Shown here: one piece after another, positions 42,294 through 52,711 of the stretch | Numbering within the stretch: the stretch's first letter is position 1 | Layout of the letters: every line of letters starts with the position of its first letter | From: Candidatus Bathyarchaeota archaeon | GTDB taxonomy: Archaea > Thermoproteota > Bathyarchaeia > Bathyarchaeales > Bathycorpusculaceae | Reading direction: 5' to 3' | Length of the DNA: 64,000 nt | Assembly: GCA_963720565.1 (NCBI GenBank) | Contig: CAVRFW010000009.1 | Coordinates: 384,001-448,000 of the forward strand | The notes under the pieces: generated by a model | Told to the model about the DNA's origin: nothing | The model's database searches: none | The model's input: the letters and a program-made list of their open reading frames with translations, nothing else | Made by a program: the position numbers and the translations under genes

Positions 42294-42893
42294 TTATCTG
42301 TTGTTCGAATGTTTCTCAGTCATATGTTGCCGGCGTCTCGTGAAAGTCAGCGCCAATAACAGAGCAGCTATGGCGACTACAGTAATGATTGTTGTTGATG
42401 GGAATTCGGGGATTTCTTGTTTGGAGACGTACAGACTCCAGTTGTAGGGAGTAAACTCGTTGTCGTATTCTTTTTTCAGCAAGTGCCCTGCCTGGAAGAG
42501 GGCTTCATTAACGTTAAGCAGGTGCGATGAATTGTGGTTGATGTAGATGATGCCGACAAGTCGGTTCCCATTGCCATGGTCGTCCCAAACATAGAGGTCG
42601 TCAATGTCTAAGTAGACAGATTCTCCGCTGACGAGGCCTCTAAGATATTCTCCAGATTCAGCGTATCCTTCCTCATATCTTTCGGGTGCATCAACATCCG
42701 CTAATCTAATTCTGTATTGCGTTCCATTCGACGCTGTCATATCGAATGTGTCTCCATCGATAACGTTGTTCGCGATGCCCTCAAGATCTATCTCAAGGTT
42801 ATGAATACCGGCAGCTGCGGGATAAAGAGCTGCAGGGAGCAGGAAAACTACAGTTACCAATCCGAGGATCTTAAAATTCCGCATTATCAGCAT
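42294..42893 (-). CDS. Secreted thermonuclease (SNase-like) with PEF-CTERM-like tail
   Basis: VIDGDT, RIRLADVDAPE, VNEAL; IPEFP + TM + RRR. Confidence 0.85.
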   Translation of the reverse strand: MLIMRNFKILGLVTVVFLLPAALYPAAAGIHNLEIDLEGIANNVIDGDTFDMTASNGTQYRIRLADVDAPERYEEGYAESGEYLRGLVSGESVYLDIDDLYVWDDHGNGNRLVGIIYINHNSSHLLNVNEALFQAGHLLKKEYDNEFTPYNWSLYVSKQEIPEFPSTTIITVVAIAALLLALTFTRRRQHMTEKHSNNR

Positions 42894-43046
42894 TTTTCTT
42901 ATCCTAACCTAATATTGGTTGCGGAGGATTGGTGAGAACCTGTTCAAACGAAAAACGATTTTTCAGATTAGCAGTTTCTGGAAGTGGTTTTTGAGGAGAA
43001 ATTTTTAATATGAAACACCCGACGTAATGCTAGGCGAGGATCAGAA

Positions 43047-44399
43047 ATGGCCAAGTTGAAGTTTTTCGGTGGGGTCGATCAGATTGGTGGCAACAAAATT
43101 CTTTTGGAAGAGAAGGGAACTCGGATTCTATTGGATTTTGGGCAGTCCTTCGATTTTGGCACCGAATACTTTACAGGTTGGCTTTCCCCTAGGGGCATAA
43201 ATGGTCTGGGTGATCATTTTGAGTTTGGTTTGTTGCCGAGAATTTCTGGACTCTACGCTAAAGACCAGCTCGAAAAAACTGGCTTTCCATATTGCGAACC
43301 GGAGATCTCAGGGATCTTTCTGAGTCATGGACACTTTGATCATGTAGCACACATTTGTTTCGTCGACCCCAAGATTCCGGTGTATCTTGGAGTTGGCACA
43401 AAGCTTTTCTTGGAGTCAATGGAGGAGACAAGTAATTTCTGCGATTACAAAGACCACACTTACCGAACCTTTCGCACAGGTCAAAAAATCAAGCTTGATG
43501 GAATCGTTATTGAACCCGTTCATGTAGATCATTCGATTCCAGCCGCCTACGGCTTCATAGTACGCACGAAAAACTCTACAATCGCCTATACTGGAGATTT
43601 GAGGCTGCACGGTCCAAGGAGAGACTTGACTGAAGAATTCATAGAAAAAACTAAGGCTGCTGAGCCTGACGCGTTGATTTGCGAAGGCACCAGAATGGCT
43701 CTAAAAGAAAACCGAAAAAACTATTCTGAACTAAATGTTGAACAACGAAGCAACAGGATTGTTTCATCCACAGACAAAATTGTTTTTGTAGCCCGTTACA
43801 GTCGTGATTTAGACCGATTCCGAAGTTTCTACAATGTGGCTAAAGAGAATAAACGCAAAATTGTTATCACACCCAAAAGTGCGTATCTGTTGAGCAAAGT
43901 GACCGCAGATGAGCATCTAAATCTGCCCGATCCTATGAAGGACGAGCATGTTCTAGTATACTTCAAACGCAAAAGGTCTGGAAAATACGACGACTCGGAT
44001 TATTCTCCTTGGGAACGCCCATTCATGAACAAGATGGTCAGTTGTGATTTTGTACATAAAAACCAAAGCAGACTAATTATGGATTTAGATTTCTACCAAC
44101 TGGCAGAGCTTATTGATATTCAACCTGATGCTGGGGGTCACTTCATCCACAGCATGAGCGAACCTTTCAGCGAGGAAGATGTTGAGGAAGAAGTTCTGCG
44201 TAATTGGCTTAAACATTTTGGATTGAAATTTCATCAACTGCATGCATCTGGCCACTTGAACCGGGACCAAATAAGCAAGTTGGTAAATGATGTAAACGCC
44301 AAGCAGGTTTTTCCTGTTCACACCGAAAATGCAGGTCTGTTTAGACAAACATGTAAGAACATCAAACTACCGAAAAGAGAAAGAGAATACAAGATTTAA
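43047..44399 (+). CDS. RNase J-like metallo-beta-lactamase/beta-CASP protein
   Basis: GGVDQIGGN, SHGHFDH, VDHS, YTGD, HASGH, PVH. Confidence 0.85.
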   Translation: MAKLKFFGGVDQIGGNKILLEEKGTRILLDFGQSFDFGTEYFTGWLSPRGINGLGDHFEFGLLPRISGLYAKDQLEKTGFPYCEPEISGIFLSHGHFDHVAHICFVDPKIPVYLGVGTKLFLESMEETSNFCDYKDHTYRTFRTGQKIKLDGIVIEPVHVDHSIPAAYGFIVRTKNSTIAYTGDLRLHGPRRDLTEEFIEKTKAAEPDALICEGTRMALKENRKNYSELNVEQRSNRIVSSTDKIVFVARYSRDLDRFRSFYNVAKENKRKIVITPKSAYLLSKVTADEHLNLPDPMKDEHVLVYFKRKRSGKYDDSDYSPWERPFMNKMVSCDFVHKNQSRLIMDLDFYQLAELIDIQPDAGGHFIHSMSEPFSEEDVEEEVLRNWLKHFGLKFHQLHASGHLNRDQISKLVNDVNAKQVFPVHTENAGLFRQTCKNIKLPKREREYKI

Positions 44400-44579
44400 C
44401 TGTAACGTCAATTCTATGTCATTGTTGACGCATAATAGTCACTTTTTTTATGAAATTGGCGTTGGGGCATCTTTGTTAATAACCTACATATTGTTTTGTT
44501 TGAGAAGTTCGGTATGATACTCTAGACAGAAATATAAGGCTGAATTCTCAAGAATTAATTAACGATAAAGGTGAATTTC

Positions 44580-45329
44580 ATGACAAAAAAGAAAGGAAAG
44601 CCAAAAGTGGAAGTCAGCAAGAAAACAGAGCCAGTAGTTGCGGTTAAGAAGGAGCCAGTAGTTGCGGTTAAGAAGGAGCCAGTAGTTGCGGTTAAGAAAG
44701 AGCCAGTAGTTGCGGTTAAGAAAGAGCCAGTAGTTGCGGTTAAGAAAGAGCCAGTAGTTGCGGTTAAGAAAGAGCCAGTAGTTGCGGTTAAGAAAGAGCC
44801 AGTAGTTGCGGTTAAGAAAGAGCCAGTACCAACTTCTAAGAAAGAACCAGCGCTGGGAAAACCTAGGAAGACCAGTGCCATTGCACCTGCTCCGCCACGC
44901 GTCCTTTGGAAAGCGTTCGACGACGCTTTTGAGAGGTTCCGAAGCGATTTTGAAAATATCCTCTTCCCTTCGTCTTGGGAGAGAGCCCTGTCGACGATAC
45001 CGGAAACGCGAGTTCCGAAGGTTGACTTGGAAGATGGAGAGAAAGACTACATCCTCAAGGCGGAGATGCCGGGGTTCAAGAAAGATGACATTGAAATAGA
45101 AGTTCAAGGCAACTCTGTGGTCATAACGGGCAGAGTAGGATGGAAGTACAGCGAGAAGGCTCAAGCATACATTTGCAAGGAACGAGCATGCGAATCGTTT
45201 TACAGAATGGTTTCATTGCCTGAAGAAATAAACGCGACTGACGTCACTGCAACATTGTCAGAAGGTCTTTTGGAAATCACCCTTCCCAAAAAGGCGCCGA
45301 AGCAGAAACGCAAAGTCTCAGTAAAATAG
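44580..45329 (+). CDS. Hsp20 small heat-shock protein with repetitive N-terminal extension
   Basis: PKVDL...AEMPG..KDDI...FYR...A.L.EGLLEITLPK. Confidence 0.9.
   Translation: MTKKKGKPKVEVSKKTEPVVAVKKEPVVAVKKEPVVAVKKEPVVAVKKEPVVAVKKEPVVAVKKEPVVAVKKEPVVAVKKEPVPTSKKEPALGKPRKTSAIAPAPPRVLWKAFDDAFERFRSDFENILFPSSWERALSTIPETRVPKVDLEDGEKDYILKAEMPGFKKDDIEIEVQGNSVVITGRVGWKYSEKAQAYICKERACESFYRMVSLPEEINATDVTATLSEGLLEITLPKKAPKQKRKVSVK
44628..44828 (+). repeat. 24-bp tandem repeat GAGCCAGTAGTTGCGGTTAAGAAR x8 plus partial, encoding EPVVAVKK
   Basis: Counted directly, in frame. Confidence 0.95.
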
Positions 45330-45555
45330 ACTATCCATTCCCCTTTCTTTTTGGGGAGAAGAAAATTAATTTTTTTTGTTGTCTTTGTTATTGACTATTG
45401 CGAAAGTTATATTTGACATTTTGGCATTAGAGACCAAGCGATAATTATGCAATTGAAACCTCTAAAATCATCAAGCCCGAAAAGTCGAGCTTAGCCTATG
45501 TTTGCTTGAATTTGTTAGTAATACACTTTCGGAATAATTAGCCGCTGTTATGAAA

Positions 45556-45814
45556 GCGCGCGCTCATACAACCCATAACTCCCAGTGCCCCTATTTTGCC
45601 GATGTCAACAGGAGTCTTCATGGCACTATCAGCCTTCGTGGTGTATTTATTGGCGAGAAAAGGTGACTTGAACAGAAAAGATGGTGTTTTGCTGCTTATC
45701 ATCTATGGCATTTTCTTGGTAACTCAATCAGTAATTGAAGGAGTTGGAGTTTGGTCTCGCATGCCTGTTAATGCCGATTCAGTATGTCAACTCTATTTTG
45801 AGTCGAAGATTTAA
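45556..45814 (+). pseudogene. C-terminal fragment of a Na+/Ca2+ (CaCA) antiporter
   Basis: ALIQPI...LNRKDGVLLLIIY; starts at GCGCGCGC 45556-45563. Confidence 0.55.
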
Positions 45815-45944
45815 AATGCCGACTATCTATAGCACTGAATCAGAGACCGAGCGACTTCGATAGCAACCATGGGATGAACAGGTTTTCGATGGGTTCACAG
45901 CTTGATGCAATTTAACTTCTTCGAAGGTATCTCTGTATCTTCAT

Positions 45945-46187
45945 CTAATGTGTTGCCCGGATCTTAATCAACGGCAACTGTCCTTCGTTCTCATGTTCTG
46001 GATTGGACATGTTTACAACTTTCACTCTTGCTGCACCTAATTTCTGTTTTGCGCCCATTTGCGCTTCATTCTTCGTTCGGTATGATTCGCTTAGTTCGAA
46101 CCAAGGCAGAGCGTCGTCGACCTTAATCCACACACTGTATCTTCTGCTTCCGTTTTCCAGTTTGGACATATTTGCATCGTTCAGCAC
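45945..46187 (-). CDS. Small hypothetical protein
   Basis: 80 aa ORF with plausible composition. Confidence 0.5.
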   Translation of the reverse strand: MLNDANMSKLENGSRRYSVWIKVDDALPWFELSESYRTKNEAQMGAKQKLGAARVKVVNMSNPEHENEGQLPLIKIRATH

Positions 46188-46384
46188 TGTAGCCTAAAAG
46201 CAATTGTGAAGGCAGAATATCGATTTGAAGTATATGTGCCCGCTATCAACCACACTATTCGATTCTCGAACAAAGCAACAAGCAATTGTGCAGCTGAAGA
46301 CTGAGAAGTCCCTTAAGCTTAAATACCGATTTCCTTCAAGGCTAATAGCATATTTGCAACCACGTTTTCAAGACGGGAGAAGGC

Positions 46385-48133
46385 ATGAACAAGGGTACTA
46401 ATATGTCAGAAGAAGACATAGCTTGGACAAGGGGATATTCCGATGATTACTGGAACGACAACGTTTCCCCTCTGTTTTTTGAATTGCTTGGAGACCAACT
46501 GACTCAGATAGTCAATGTTGAGCTCAACGGAATAATGGGATACTCCAAACCTGGTGATAAAACGGACAACCTGCTGCTTCTTCATAAGGGTCACGCTTAC
46601 TTCAATCTAGAGGTACTCAAGAGAAAAGTTGAGTATGAAATTCCCCCGATGCTTCGCAACAACGACATCCTAAACTACTTTCAGGAAGGCAAAGGGAAAT
46701 ACGGCAAAGAAACGATGAAAAAACAGCCGTTCCGCTTAACAAAGAGAATACTTGCCGAAATACGAATTATGCTTTACGATGGAAATGGCTCAATAACAAA
46801 AACCGCTTCTGCCTATGAAGAATGGAGCAAAAAAAAGTTTGTGCCTTTCTATGAACAATTCGACCAAAAAATGCTGTACGCCTCTCGGAGCGAGGGCGTC
46901 GACGGATATCTAAAGTTAGCCAATGAATTGGATCGCCTTATGATTGGGCATTTCCGCCTCGTTCGATATGGTATTCCTGTCCATAATATTGGAATGAACC
47001 TGATTGCACAATACCTTCTGACACGTTTCCTTGGCAAAGAAGAGGCTACCGCAAGCTATCCAATCTTGCTGTCTGGTTTGAAACATAAGACAAGTGAGAC
47101 AAACCAGGCTCTTTTTCAGTTGGCTGCGACCATAAAAGCCTCTCCGCAATTGAGATCCGCGATTCTTTCAATCCCTTCCGACAAAATCTTCTCCCGACTC
47201 CGGAGTGATAGGAGTTCGGCTGCTGAGAGACTGACTTCTGAGCTAGAATCCTTCTTCAGAGAATTCGGTATTCGAGGATTCACAAGAGAACCTTACTACC
47301 CTCGCTGGAATGACGCTCCCGAACACGTCTTTAACATATTGAAATCCATGGTGCAAGAAGAAGAACCGAAGAATAAAAAAATAGGTGCCAAGGGGCACAA
47401 TCAAGCCACGATGACAGAACAAGAGATTGCAGAAAGTGTAAAAGCCACGGCGTTAGGCTGGGCAAAATGGAAAGTATTTTCGTTAGTGCTAGACTTCGCA
47501 AGGAAGTACATAATTTTCCGAGAAAACCAGAGGTTCAACCTTGACCATTGGATTACAATGAACCGAAAAATTTTCCTATCTATCGGAAGAAGCTTCCACG
47601 AACAAAAGATTCTCAGCGACCCGTCAGACATTTTCTTTCTCCGGAAGAATGAGATTCACGGAATCGCAAAGCATAGTGTCTCCAGCACCGAAGTGGAAAG
47701 AATTAAGCAAGCAGCTAAAGAGCGAAAGAAAGAGTTTTTGCTCAACGAAAACCTAACTCCGCCCAAATTCTTGATAGGGACTCAGGAATCTGATGTTCCC
47801 AGCCAAAGCCTCGAGGCGATGTTGCATGGAATTCCTGCAAGTCAAGGTGTCCATTCTGGGCCCGTCAGGGTGCTGGACCGCATAGAAGATATCTGGCAAG
47901 TACGCACTGGAGAGATACTGGTTGTCCCACGAACAGATCCTGGCTGGACCCCCGTTTTTCGTATGATAGGCGGGCTGATAACAGAAACCGGAGGCTTACT
48001 CTCTCACGGAGCTGTTGTCTCAAGAGAATACGGAATTCCGGCTGTAACCAATATTCCGAATGCCTGCCGAATATTCAAAACAGGGCAAACAGTAACCATA
48101 GATGGATCCAAAGGCACTGTGAATATTAGATGA
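46385..48133 (+). CDS. PEP-utilising-family phosphotransferase: substrate-binding domain plus phospho-His swivel domain, no ATP-grasp domain
   Basis: GIPASQG...GEILV..TDPGWTP...TETGGLLSHGAVVSREYGIPAV...IDG..G. Confidence 0.85.
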   Translation: MNKGTNMSEEDIAWTRGYSDDYWNDNVSPLFFELLGDQLTQIVNVELNGIMGYSKPGDKTDNLLLLHKGHAYFNLEVLKRKVEYEIPPMLRNNDILNYFQEGKGKYGKETMKKQPFRLTKRILAEIRIMLYDGNGSITKTASAYEEWSKKKFVPFYEQFDQKMLYASRSEGVDGYLKLANELDRLMIGHFRLVRYGIPVHNIGMNLIAQYLLTRFLGKEEATASYPILLSGLKHKTSETNQALFQLAATIKASPQLRSAILSIPSDKIFSRLRSDRSSAAERLTSELESFFREFGIRGFTREPYYPRWNDAPEHVFNILKSMVQEEEPKNKKIGAKGHNQATMTEQEIAESVKATALGWAKWKVFSLVLDFARKYIIFRENQRFNLDHWITMNRKIFLSIGRSFHEQKILSDPSDIFFLRKNEIHGIAKHSVSSTEVERIKQAAKERKKEFLLNENLTPPKFLIGTQESDVPSQSLEAMLHGIPASQGVHSGPVRVLDRIEDIWQVRTGEILVVPRTDPGWTPVFRMIGGLITETGGLLSHGAVVSREYGIPAVTNIPNACRIFKTGQTVTIDGSKGTVNIR

Positions 48134-49114
48134 ACTTTAATCTGAAGCAAACTGAACCCTTAACCCATGTAGCTAACGCGGAGACAGATTGGAATGAATC
48201 ATACTACTTCGTGTTCTATGACAAGAAACTAAGCATAGGCGGAATGACTCGCCTTGGCTTCAAACCCAACAAACAAGAAGGGACCGCCTTCTTCATACTA
48301 TTTCTGCCGAACGGTTCAGCAGCCATGTTCCAGTCTGGAGAAAGAGTCTCGGATGAAAATAGAAAAGTAAACATGAAAGTCAATACAATGGCTCATCAGC
48401 GGTCCCAAACTGGAAAATGGAACTACAAGTTCGCCGGAAAAATGGTAATTGCAAAAAACCCAGAAGATCTTCCTCGAACCTTAAAGCAGCCCGAGCTCAT
48501 CGACAAAGTCTCGAATGTAAATATGGAACTCTCCTTCAATCCAATCAACGACGTTTACGAATACAGCGAGAACATGACTCCAGAATCCCGCGAGCTTGGA
48601 AGAAAATCCGGCGATGCGCACTGGGAACAAATAGGCAAAATAGAAGGGAAACTGGAACTGGAAAACGAAACGTTCCATATTCGCGACACTATCGGACAAA
48701 GAGACCACACGCATGGCGTCCGAGATTGGACAGGAATAGGAAATTGGCTCTACTACGTGGTATGGTTTTCTGAAAGCCTCTGCATAAACCCCGCCGCCAT
48801 AGTCACCGAGGACGGAAAAATATCCTCAGGCGGATTCATATTCGAAAACGGAAAGAACATTCCAATAAAGGCTATCCGGGTTATCGACCAAGAATTTCGA
48901 AACAACATCTTGCCGATAAGTTCCAAAATAGAAATAACTGATTTCTTGAACCGAAAACACGATTTGGAAGGGAAAACTGGACCAATTGTTCCAGTTGCCA
49001 TTCATGGATAACCAAGGAAGACTTTCCATTCTTACACAAGCCTTTGGAAACTTTAGCCTAGACGGCCGCTCAGGCGGTTATGGAAGCTTCGAAACCTTAA
49101 GAAGAACGAAATAG
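48130..49114 (+). CDS. DUF7064/7065-like (tocopherol-cyclase/hydratase-like fold) protein, frameshift near 49000
   Basis: WNESYYF, HWEQ.G, GQRDHTHGVRDW; tail in second frame ends at 49114. Confidence 0.6.
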
Positions 49115-49253
49115 GGCTTGTTACGAAAATATCAACGAATTGCCACTTTCTCGAAGCGTGCGCGATACATGTTTCCGGTCCCTGCCCAATTCTTATATAT
49201 CCAAAGGATCCAGATTGATACGTAACTTACTTTGCCGGCTAGGTGATTTTGGA

Positions 49254-50123
49254 ATGTGCCAGTGGTGCATGAAGCACGGTGCAGGGGGAAAATGGTATCT
49301 TAATGCCAGAAACTACTCTAATGAGCTTGCTGAAGAGGAGAATCTTCAAGCTTATCTTGAGGAGCAATGGAGAAACTTTGAGACAGTCTATATCCGAAAG
49401 ATCATGGGTCTTTCTTCTATAGGCATGGGTTACAAACTCAAAATGCCCATAATCGGGCGCGTGGTACGATGGAAGGCCGAGAGCATGATTCATTCTGAAA
49501 GCAAGAACCGGAACCCAGTTAGAGCAGACGGCCACTTTGGACAGGTAATCCCGATAGAAGAAGCAAAACTCATAATGATGAACCTGGCGGCTGAACCCAT
49601 AATTCAGAACTACTGTATGTGCAGGATGATGCAGAGAGGAGTCAAAGACGTTTGCTGCATCAACTTCGGCTGCCTCTCAGGCGTAATCGAGAAACTGCCC
49701 CGTTTCATTCCCCAAAAAACCAAGGTACGACTAGGCAGGGAAGAAGCTGTTGCGGCTTTAGAGGAGCAGAACAGGAAGGGACGAGTCGCTACAGTTTGGT
49801 TTCAACCGGTCCCTTACGTCAACGCAATATGTTCCTGCGAGGTCCCCCAGTGTGGTGGCCTCAGACTTCGAACCGACTTCGGTTTAGGATCAGTCTACAA
49901 GGCAGAATACGTTGCAGACGTAAATCCTGACTTGTGCCAAGCATGCAAAGCCTGCATTTCAGATTGCCAGTTCGGAGCAGTTCGATATTCACCCACACTA
50001 AAAAGAGTCATTATTGACCAGAACAAATGCTTCGGCTGCGGACTCTGCAAGGACCGTTGCAAGTTCAATGCAATAACACTGATCCCAAGGGAAAATGTTC
50101 CCGGAATAGCCAACATGTACTAG
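49254..50123 (+). CDS. 4Fe-4S dicluster protein with extra Cys motifs
   Basis: CQWC, CMCR, ICSC, two CxxCxxCxxxC motifs. Confidence 0.85.
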   Translation: MCQWCMKHGAGGKWYLNARNYSNELAEEENLQAYLEEQWRNFETVYIRKIMGLSSIGMGYKLKMPIIGRVVRWKAESMIHSESKNRNPVRADGHFGQVIPIEEAKLIMMNLAAEPIIQNYCMCRMMQRGVKDVCCINFGCLSGVIEKLPRFIPQKTKVRLGREEAVAALEEQNRKGRVATVWFQPVPYVNAICSCEVPQCGGLRLRTDFGLGSVYKAEYVADVNPDLCQACKACISDCQFGAVRYSPTLKRVIIDQNKCFGCGLCKDRCKFNAITLIPRENVPGIANMY

Positions 50124-50144
50124 CAAGAGAAACAGGGGATAACG

Positions 50145-50399
50145 ATGAGGAAGAATAAGATCACAATTGATTATTCAAAGTGTGGAAACGCAACGGGGGG
50201 AATCGACCCCCGAGAATGCAGTCTATGCCTGAAGGTGTGCGACCCAGCAATTTTCCTGCGCCATCAGAACATCAAAGCCAAACAACCAAACCCTAACGAT
50301 CCACAATTCTGGCAAATAACCGCGGTCTGGATAGACCTGTGCACTCGTTGCGGAAAATGCGTTGCTGTGTGCCCACAAAAAGCCATAACCGTAACATAA
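50145..50399 (+). CDS. Ferredoxin
   Basis: CSLCLKVC and CTRCGKCVAVCP. Confidence 0.85.
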   Translation: MRKNKITIDYSKCGNATGGIDPRECSLCLKVCDPAIFLRHQNIKAKQPNPNDPQFWQITAVWIDLCTRCGKCVAVCPQKAITVT

Positions 50400-50464
50400 G
50401 AGCTCAATTGACAAACCGTTTCTTTACTTCGAAGTTCGGCCTACTTGAGAAATAAAGTGAAGGT

Positions 50465-51388
50465 TCAGGGTACGGGTTTGGACCAAGACTTAGGGTGAGT
50501 AATGAGGAATTCTATTAATCCCGTTCCTCTCTCTCCGTTCGCAGCTGCCTCATGGATTGCCATTCCTTCAAAAAGCTCGGTTGATCCTTTCGGAAAACTC
50601 CTGGAAAACCTTACGAAGCTCTCAGGCGAAATCAGTCTAGACTTAAGCGTTAGAATGTTTCCGTCCACGAAGCGTATGTTCGTCAAAGCTCCAGTCGGGC
50701 TCGGGCAATCTCCTTTCCCGTAAGTTATTTCAAGGTCTACCTGAGAGGCAGTCGATTGCTTTTTCGCTGAGGTGATTCCTCCGGAAACATGCACTAAACC
50801 ATTCACAGTGTCTCTTCTCAGGCCAACAGCATATGTCTCAAACTGCGCATGGAGGGCAAACCAGTTTTCTATGTGCCAGTCTCGCGGTCCCCAACTTTTG
50901 TCGCGTTGACCATAGCCATCAATATTGATTTTTCTTCCGTCGGATAATTTTGCTGCACCTTTGATAATGCCTGACTGTTCAAAGTGTCCCGTCCAGGAGG
51001 TTCCGCTTCCTTTTCCAAAATCAAACGGAGGAAAACGCGCGGTCCACTGGATATTCAATTCCAGATCGGCGTCGATAAAATCGATTTCCCATTTCTGGAG
51101 CGGTTCAATAAGTTTGTATGTGAGGATTTTGTCCGAGATGAGGCTTGAGGATTGATCGTTTATAGTTGCTTTTTGTTCTTTGTAGTAGAGCTTTTGTTTG
51201 TCTTCATGGATTAGCGCTAGTACGAATTCTGCTTTTTCCTGGTTTGGCAAAATACCTATGGTTGTGAATCCTGATGTTTTGTTATCGCGACTTACAAAAT
51301 TGAAATAGTAGCTTTCTCGCCAATCCAGTTCTTCTTCAGGGATGTGGCGATAATCATCCGTTTTCCAAATTGAACTCGACGTTTTCAG
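50465..51388 (-). CDS. Second DUF7064/7065-like protein, probable CTG start
   Basis: Frame stays open upstream of the track ORF and contains WRESYYFNF; HFEQSG, GQRDKSWGPRDW. Confidence 0.65.
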   Translation of the reverse strand: MKTSSSIWKTDDYRHIPEEELDWRESYYFNFVSRDNKTSGFTTIGILPNQEKAEFVLALIHEDKQKLYYKEQKATINDQSSSLISDKILTYKLIEPLQKWEIDFIDADLELNIQWTARFPPFDFGKGSGTSWTGHFEQSGIIKGAAKLSDGRKINIDGYGQRDKSWGPRDWHIENWFALHAQFETYAVGLRRDTVNGLVHVSGGITSAKKQSTASQVDLEITYGKGDCPSPTGALTNIRFVDGNILTLKSRLISPESFVRFSRSFPKGSTELFEGMAIHEAAANGERGTGLIEFLITHPKSWSKPVP

Positions 51389-51407
51389 CGTCCCTCACTG
51401 CATTTTT

Positions 51408-52586
51408 CTATTCTGGCATCAGATACATTATCGGATCTTTTTCTTTAAGGAACGGAAGGGCTTTCATCTTTATGACTTTTTTCTTGATTCTCGAAAATGC
51501 TGGGTCCTCATTAGCTTTCATAAAAATCGGCAGGTATTCATCGAGAACAGGCTGGGCTAGGTGCCAAGATATCTTCTCCGTGATTCCTGCAGCGTCAGTG
51601 TACCTGGCGAAGCATCTCCAGTAAGCTGTGGCGCCGGAGATTAGGCGATCTTTTCTGTTCATCTCAGCGAACTTCATGTAGAGTTCGGCTTGGGCGTTAT
51701 CCGCAGCTTCTGCGTATGCGGGTAGCTCATCCAATTCTACGGCGACTATTTTTTCCCCGCTTCTCTTGTAGGCGGCAATTCCCTTCACGAGTTTGGAGTA
51801 GTCCCCTGGATCAACTGTTAATGTTCCAATGTCATTGAACTTTGTCTTTGCATCCTTCAGCGTCATCGCTATTCCAAGAGTTGAAGAAGGCAATTTAGCT
51901 TCTGTTGCTGACCATGGAAGCCACAATCTACCGTGTCCATCATGGAGGTTCGTGAATTCAATCAGCACAAGGTTCTCTCCGTTGCCCATAGGGTATGGAC
52001 CGTGATTAACGATCTTAGCCCTCGCTTCACACTCGTCTATGAAAGAATAGAGGTCAACCGAGCCTATGGTTCGTCTCACTCTTGTTGTTTGTTCAGGAGT
52101 GACTGGTTGAATGTGGTTTTTGACCCATTCAATTGCTTCGTTGCTAAGACCGATGTTTTTTCCGTCCGAAGCTGCTACAGTCGGTTTGCCTGAGGAAAAG
52201 TATGTTGTTGCTAGGCTGTGCCACTTTTCAAGCATCCATTTCCACTGCTCTCTCTTTTCAAGCGGTTCTTTGCTGGGGTCTCCCTCGCACTTGTTGTAGA
52301 TTTTGCCCATTCTCGCGAGCGAATAATAGAGCCACAGATACGAGATCGACAATGCTTGAATAGGTGAGAGCAGACCTCTGTTTTTCTCTGCCATTTCCTC
52401 CGGGGATATTCTGTCCCAAACCTGCTTCATGACTCCGTAGAGTTCGCTGTAGGTCTGGTAAAACCCGAGGCTAATGTATGCGTTAACTGGAAAAAGTTTG
52501 GATTCAAGCAGGCTTCTTTCAAGAACGATATTGGCGAAGACCTTGCTCAGATGCGTTATTACCTCGTTTATCTCTGCAATCTCCAT
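51408..52586 (-). CDS. Uncharacterised soluble protein
   Basis: 392 aa; LESKLFPVNAY, ECEAR..NHGPY motifs; 20 bp from next gene. Confidence 0.8.
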   Translation of the reverse strand: MEIAEINEVITHLSKVFANIVLERSLLESKLFPVNAYISLGFYQTYSELYGVMKQVWDRISPEEMAEKNRGLLSPIQALSISYLWLYYSLARMGKIYNKCEGDPSKEPLEKREQWKWMLEKWHSLATTYFSSGKPTVAASDGKNIGLSNEAIEWVKNHIQPVTPEQTTRVRRTIGSVDLYSFIDECEARAKIVNHGPYPMGNGENLVLIEFTNLHDGHGRLWLPWSATEAKLPSSTLGIAMTLKDAKTKFNDIGTLTVDPGDYSKLVKGIAAYKRSGEKIVAVELDELPAYAEAADNAQAELYMKFAEMNRKDRLISGATAYWRCFARYTDAAGITEKISWHLAQPVLDEYLPIFMKANEDPAFSRIKKKVIKMKALPFLKEKDPIMYLMPE

Positions 52587-52711
52587 TGTTAAAATTCAAC
52601 CCGGATGTGATATTTCGTTTTTGATGTAGATAAGATTTGGCATCTGTGAATCCAGCAAATCTAATATTCATCTTTGGCTGATATGAAACCGCGTTGAATG
52701 AGGACAGACTA

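Noticed and set aside
44628..44828. 24-bp repeat as CRISPR, and its GCCAGTAG core shared with the 21.3-kb repeat
   Set aside because: No spacers; the shared core is explained by Pro-Val codons (CCA GTA)
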